From Candidatus Methylomirabilota bacterium (lineage in GTDB: Bacteria > Methylomirabilota > Methylomirabilia > Rokubacteriales > CSP1-6): a stretch of DNA of 10,672 nt. A program made the position numbers and the translations under genes. Positions 6,558 to 10,672 of the stretch are shown here, piece by piece. The notes beneath the pieces are model-generated. The model saw only the letters and a program-made list of their open reading frames with translations, was not told the origin of the DNA and did no database searches. Position 1 is the stretch's first letter; each line of letters begins with the position of its first letter. Location of the stretch: positions 1 through 10,672 of the forward strand of contig JBKPAK010000330.1 in the NCBI GenBank assembly GCA_046726415.1. The letters run 5' to 3'.

Positions 6558-7622
6558 CTATCGGGCACTCCCCTCCCGGAGGCCGGCCGCGCGCAAGCGG
6601 GGGAAGACGGCGTCGCGGAAGGCGCGGACTTCCTGCTCCGGCGCGGCGAAGGTCTGGAAGGGCATGAGATAGAGGTTCCGCACGCCGAGCTTGGTCATCT
6701 CGGCGATGCGTCCGGCACAATCCTCGGGCGTGCCGACGAGGCCCATCGCATTGCAGAGCTGGGCCACGACCTCATCGGGGACGAATGACGTCGCCGCGAT
6801 GGCGGCCTCCCAGTCCTCGGCGTGCGAGAGGTCGGGATAGATCTTCCACACGGCGTCGGGGATTTCGAGCTTCGGAAGGCGCAGTCCGGCGGGCCCGAGC
6901 CAGTGCCCGCCCCAGCGCAGGATTCCCCAGTGGACGGCGGTAGGCCGGGCGAGTCGGCGCGCCTCTTCGGAGGTCCCCGCCGTCCCCGTGCGCACCGCCC
7001 AGATGATCTCCAGATCCTCTCGCCGGCGGCCCGCGCGACGGGCACCGCGCTCCAGATGGTCGAGAGCCGTCTCCACGATGCCCCGGTTGAAACCCACGAG
7101 CAGGACGACGCCGTCGGCGATCTCGCCGGCCACCTCGATGGCCTTTGGGCCCGACGCCGCCATGAGCAGCGGAATCCGGCGTCCAGACGCGTAAGCGAGA
7201 CGCCCGGGCGTGCCGCCGAAGTCAACGCGCTCGCCGGCGAGCAGCGCTTTCACCGCCGCGAGGCACGCGCGCATCTCGGCGAGGGTGGCGGGCTTGCGCC
7301 CGATGGTGCTCGCCGACGTGTAGCCAGTTCCAATCACGAACTTCACCCGGCCCGGGGCCAGCTCCTCGACCGTCTGGATCGCCCCCGCCAGCACCGAAGG
7401 GTGACGCGTGAAGGGATTTGTGACCGCGGGGAACAGGGCAAGGCGCGCGGTGTGAGTGGCGGCCTGGCCGAGGGTGACAAAGGTGTCTCGGCATAGGAGC
7501 TGACTATCGAGGATGCCTACGCCGTCGAATCCCGCCTCCTCGACACTCTGGATGAGCGAGATCAGCTCCCGCATCGGCGCGGTACCGGGAACGCGCATGT
7601 GGACACGAACGGGATCGCGCAT
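6558..7622 (-). CDS. LLM-class (luciferase-like) flavin/F420-dependent oxidoreductase, Mer-like
   Basis: EEAGFDGVGILDSQLLCRD, AVTNPFTRHPSVLA, PGRVKFVIGTG, MAASGPKAIEVAGEIADGV, LVGTPEDC. GGAGG lies upstream of ATG 7622. Confidence 0.9.
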   Translation of the reverse strand: MRDPVRVHMRVPGTAPMRELISLIQSVEEAGFDGVGILDSQLLCRDTFVTLGQAATHTARLALFPAVTNPFTRHPSVLAGAIQTVEELAPGRVKFVIGTGYTSASTIGRKPATLAEMRACLAAVKALLAGERVDFGGTPGRLAYASGRRIPLLMAASGPKAIEVAGEIADGVVLLVGFNRGIVETALDHLERGARRAGRRREDLEIIWAVRTGTAGTSEEARRLARPTAVHWGILRWGGHWLGPAGLRLPKLEIPDAVWKIYPDLSHAEDWEAAIAATSFVPDEVVAQLCNAMGLVGTPEDCAGRIAEMTKLGVRNLYLMPFQTFAAPEQEVRAFRDAVFPRLRAAGLREGSAR

Positions 7623-7746
7623 GATCGATTCCTCCGATACCCCCGCTTCTCCGGTCTATGTCCGAGGGGAGGGCGGCGATGACCTCGCGCGTCCTGGCTC
7701 AGCGGTCGCTGCCCGCGACGACCGGGTGCCGTGTCGCGAAGGCACC

Positions 7747-8946
7747 TCAGAGATCGATCGGCACGGACTCCACCGCCTCCAGCCCGAAGGCCTGGAGGTG
7801 ATGCAGCCGCAGGGGATTGTTGGTCAGAACGCGGAGGCGCCGCAAACCCAGATCGCGCAGGATCTGTCCGCCGATACCGAAGTCGCGCCGGTTCATGGGG
7901 AGCGCTCGCGCCCCCGCTCCGTCGGCGCCGATGAGATCCGGCCCGTCGGGATCGTCCCCGCCCGCCGCGAATGGGTACATCCAGCTCTGCAGGCGCTCGG
8001 ATAGCCCTTCGCCGGCCCCCTCGGGGCGCAGATAGACGAGCACGCCGTGGCCCTCGGCCTGGATGCGACGCAGCGAGGCGGCCAGCAAGCGGTTGGAGGG
8101 ATGGACCTTGTCGCCGAAGACGTCGCCCAGCAAGTCGCGGCGGTGCATGCGGACCAGCGTGGGCTCGTCGGTCTCCAGCGGGTGGCCCGACGGATCCAGC
8201 CGACCGACGTCGCCCGTACAGAACGCCAGGTGAGGCAGGCGGTCGACTACGCTGCGGTACGCGATGACCTTGAACCGACCGTGGTCGGTGTCGACGACAA
8301 TGCCCTCGGCGGGCGGCAGCCGGCGGACGAGGCGCTCGCGGCCGAGCCGATGGTGAATGATCTGCTCGACCGAGCAGATGCGCAGCCCGTGATGTTCGCT
8401 GAAGACTTCGAGATCCGGCATGCGCGCCATCTCTCCGTCATCGCGGCTCACCTCGCTGATGACCGCTGCCGGGTGCAGTCCGGCGAGCCGCATGAGATCG
8501 ACCGACCCTTCAGTCTGTCCTGTGCGCACCAGGACGCCGCCGTCCCGCGCTCGGAGCGGCACCATGTGACCCGGACGCACGAGGTCGTACGGGCGGCTGG
8601 AGGGGTCGGCGAGCAGGCGCGCCGTCCGCGCCCGATCGGAAGCCGAGATGCCTGTTCCCACGCCGTGCTGTGGGTGACCATCGACCGAGACCGCCATGGC
8701 CGTCCCGCGCAGCGAGGTGTTGGACGCCGTCTGGGGATGAAGCTCGAGGCGATCGCAATCGACGCCGCTCAGTGCGACGCACAGGTAGCCGGGGGTGTAG
8801 CGGGTCATGAAGTTGATGAGCTCCGGCGTGACCTTCTCGGCCGCGCAGACGAGGTCGCCCTCGTTCTCGCGATCCTCGTCGTCGACGAGGATGATCGGTC
8901 GGCCTCTGCGGAGGTCTTCCAGGACTTCGCCGATCGACGAGAGCAT
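7747..8946 (-). CDS. ribB: 3,4-dihydroxy-2-butanone-4-phosphate synthase fused to a degenerate GTP cyclohydrolase II domain (RibBX-type)
   Basis: RibB motifs [34 protein letters not shown]. The C-terminal GCH II-like domain ([15 protein letters not shown]) lacks the Zn-binding cysteines. GGAGG spacing favours ATG 8946 over GTG 8952. Confidence 0.92.
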   Translation of the reverse strand: MLSSIGEVLEDLRRGRPIILVDDEDRENEGDLVCAAEKVTPELINFMTRYTPGYLCVALSGVDCDRLELHPQTASNTSLRGTAMAVSVDGHPQHGVGTGISASDRARTARLLADPSSRPYDLVRPGHMVPLRARDGGVLVRTGQTEGSVDLMRLAGLHPAAVISEVSRDDGEMARMPDLEVFSEHHGLRICSVEQIIHHRLGRERLVRRLPPAEGIVVDTDHGRFKVIAYRSVVDRLPHLAFCTGDVGRLDPSGHPLETDEPTLVRMHRRDLLGDVFGDKVHPSNRLLAASLRRIQAEGHGVLVYLRPEGAGEGLSERLQSWMYPFAAGGDDPDGPDLIGADGAGARALPMNRRDFGIGGQILRDLGLRRLRVLTNNPLRLHHLQAFGLEAVESVPIDL

Positions 8947-9084
8947 GCGCACAACCTCCGTCCCCTGGGCGGCAGGGCGTCCGAGGCGAGGTTATGAAGG
9001 GGCGAACGATTCGTCAAGCTGCTTCCGAGCCAGCATGTGGGCGCTGACCGAAGGTTCTGCGGTTGGCGTTGCTGAGATGAGACA

Positions 9085-9113
9085 CGAGAGCCCCGGGTTC
9101 TCCGGGGCTCTCG
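9085..9113 (-). terminator. 12-bp GC-rich hairpin in the ribB upstream region (terminator or attenuator candidate)
   Basis: CGAGAGCCCCGG / CCGGGGCTCTCG perfect stem with a 5-nt loop. On the minus strand it is followed by a weak T-containing tract (TGTCTCATCT). Confidence 0.5.
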
Positions 9114-9224
9114 GTGAGAATCGGCCGGCTACGGGTTCATCCGTGGGGGTAGGATGACCTTTCGCGTACAGCACGTTACTGCGACCGATTCTGCAAATCT
9201 CCCGTGAAAAATCTTCGCCCTTCG

Positions 9225-9695
9225 CTACTGCGTCTTTGGCTGTGGCGTACTGCCGGATGGCTGTGAGCTGGCCGGTGCACCTTCCATCTTCGGGCGCGAC
9301 GATTTACGCGGCTCTTCGCCCGGCAAGACGTCGATGGACCGCGCGATGTTTTGACCGGTCTTGGCTTCGTACGAGGCCTTTACCTTGTCGCCTTCGCGAA
9401 GCTCGGCCAGACTGCCTTGCTTGCCCTGGACCTGAATCTGCGTGTCAGGTGTCACCTCGAGCGTTCTCCCGAAGAGCCCGAAGAGTCCCGAGGAAACCTG
9501 CACTTTTCCGGCGGCCGGTTCGATTTTGCTCACCGTCCCTTCCACGGAGTTCACCGTTGGGCGGGAGGATTCCGGTCTCTCGGTCGGCGCGGGTCGGGTC
9601 ATCTGGGCCATGACGACCGATGACACGAGCACCATCGCGACCGCGACGGCCAGGCCAAGAGACAAGGGCGCAAATCTCCTGCTATGTCCCGACAT
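9225..9695 (-). CDS. Exported hypothetical protein with a DUF5666/DUF1344-like small beta-barrel domain
   Basis: AAGGAGG SD and a signal peptide ending VMA|Q. Domain VEGTVSKIE..TLEVTPDTQI..SLAELREGDKVKASY..IARSI, with Pro/Ser-rich flanks. Confidence 0.75.
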   Translation of the reverse strand: MSGHSRRFAPLSLGLAVAVAMVLVSSVVMAQMTRPAPTERPESSRPTVNSVEGTVSKIEPAAGKVQVSSGLFGLFGRTLEVTPDTQIQVQGKQGSLAELREGDKVKASYEAKTGQNIARSIDVLPGEEPRKSSRPKMEGAPASSQPSGSTPQPKTQ

Positions 9696-9716
9696 GGGGC
9701 ACCTCCTTCCGGGACC

Positions 9717-9776
9717 TCAAACATGCATGGCGTATGCCTGGCACATCAAACGTGCATGGCGTATGTCTGGCACATC
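9717..9776. repeat. Tandem duplication of a 29-bp unit (2 copies, 2 mismatches)
   Basis: TCAAACATGCATGGCGTATGCCTGGCACA (9717-9745) and TCAAACGTGCATGGCGTATGTCTGGCACA (9746-9774), plus TC. Confidence 0.9.
9724..9739 (-). promoter_or_regulatory. Candidate sigma54 promoter for the exported protein gene
   Basis: Minus strand AGGCATACGCCATGCA (GG-N10-GC). Predicted start near 9713, just upstream of the SD 9708-9702 and ATG 9695. Confidence 0.55.
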
Positions 9777-9839
9777 GGTCCTAGCTCGGCGATCGACAAG
9801 ACTCGGGCCGCCATTTTCGCTGTCGGCGGGCGGGACACG

Positions 9840-10655
9840 ATGGCACCCTGGAACGGGATCATGGTGGCGACCGTAGGGCGATGGGCAAGGTCGACGGTCG
9901 GTGGAGCGCTTCTCGGCGCTGTCATGGCGGGATGCGGCATCGCCAAGTTATGGGCCCCCACTCAGGACGATGTCATTCAGCGCATCCTCCCTGCCACTGT
10001 CCAAGTTCTCGTCGAGCAGCAGGAAGGGCGGCGCCTCCGCAGCGCTTCGGGCGTGGCGATCGCCTCAGGGCAAACGGCCAGTGGGAAGGCGTGCTTCATC
10101 CTCACCAGTGGCCACACGGTGGCTGGCACCCAGGGCCACCGCCAGGTGTCTGTCGTTTTCGACCGGCACCAAGGCGAGGGCGTGGGCAAGAAAGTGCCGG
10201 CCACGGTCCTCGCCCACCGCGAGAACAGCGACCTCGACGTGGCGATCATTCGGGCGGAGGGCTCCCCGTGCGCCTCGGCTTCTCTCGGCGTTCCTCCCCG
10301 GCTGGGCGCTTCAGTCTGGGTGGTCGGATTTCCGTGGGGCCGTCACATGACCTTGGCGAGTGGCGTGGTCAGTCAGCTCAACTTCGATCTCGCGCAGAAC
10401 TCCGAGACGGCGGCGCGGTTGATGATCGACGCATCGGTGAGCTATGGATCGAGCGGCGGCGGTGTGTTCGACGCTCGCACGGGTCATCTCATAGGATTGG
10501 TGGAAGGCTATCGGACCGCCCGCGTCGTCTCCCATGGCGCTGGCCCGGAGTGGTATGTCGAGGTGCCCGAACCCGGGCAGACCTTCGTGGTACCCTTGAC
10601 CGCCATCCGCCGCTTCCTCTTGGAGACCGGGTACACCGGGCTCCTCCATTCGTGA
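9840..10655 (+). CDS. Trypsin-like (S1, HtrA-related, PDZ-less) serine protease, probable lipoprotein
   Basis: Triad contexts LTSGH, DLDVAII and IDASVSYGSSGGGVF; VWVVGFPWG; lipobox MAG|C. Start is ATG 9840 or 9861; the longer 9684 start runs through the promoter repeat. Confidence 0.88.
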   Translation: MAPWNGIMVATVGRWARSTVGGALLGAVMAGCGIAKLWAPTQDDVIQRILPATVQVLVEQQEGRRLRSASGVAIASGQTASGKACFILTSGHTVAGTQGHRQVSVVFDRHQGEGVGKKVPATVLAHRENSDLDVAIIRAEGSPCASASLGVPPRLGASVWVVGFPWGRHMTLASGVVSQLNFDLAQNSETAARLMIDASVSYGSSGGGVFDARTGHLIGLVEGYRTARVVSHGAGPEWYVEVPEPGQTFVVPLTAIRRFLLETGYTGLLHS

Positions 10656-10672
10656 GCACCAGCGTGCCGCGG

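Noticed and set aside
6500..6560. Plus-strand peptide ENLYDVINKRRNHQTKLFLS as a further gene remnant
   Set aside because: Looks protein-like but is too short and not recognisable without a search.
7640..7746. Hairpins and a short peptide (REVIAALPSDI, minus strand) in the ribB-LLM spacer
   Set aside because: Short GC-rich stems without a U-tract, and the peptide is too short to assign.
8960..9220. FMN (RFN) riboswitch expected upstream of ribB
   Set aside because: The conserved RFN blocks (AGGGCGGGGTGAAATTCCC, AGTCCGGATGGGAG) are not present on either strand.
9717..9776. Mini CRISPR array (29-bp repeats)
   Set aside because: The copies are directly adjacent with no spacer, and there are no cas genes in the window.

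Overview
GC-rich bacterial chromosomal window. The gene content (ARC proteasome ATPase sequence, Mer-like LLM enzyme, small Cys/His protein, sigma54-like promoters) suggests Candidatus Rokubacteria/Methylomirabilota, but this is inference only. Intact genes: a TraR/DksA C4 zinc-finger protein (+), a membrane Cache-HAMP class III nucleotide cyclase (+; frameshifted in its C-terminal domain, with guanylyl-cyclase-like specificity residues), DUF1348 and cysK (-), an unannotated 58-aa Cys/His protein (+), an LLM oxidoreductase and a RibB fusion with a degenerate GTP cyclohydrolase II domain (RibBX-type) (-), an exported DUF5666-like protein (-) and a trypsin-like lipoprotein protease (+). The most striking element is a proteasome ATPase (arc/mpa) reduced to its N-terminal coiled coil and its C-terminal GQYL-bearing part. 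The OB domains and Walker A/B core are missing, and the two halves are joined by a GTGA stop/start overlap downstream of a candidate sigma54 promoter. Several spacers contain short, eroded remnants of unrelated enzymes (class III cyclase, PaoC/xanthine dehydrogenase, catalase). All family assignments come from motif recognition by eye; no searches were run.
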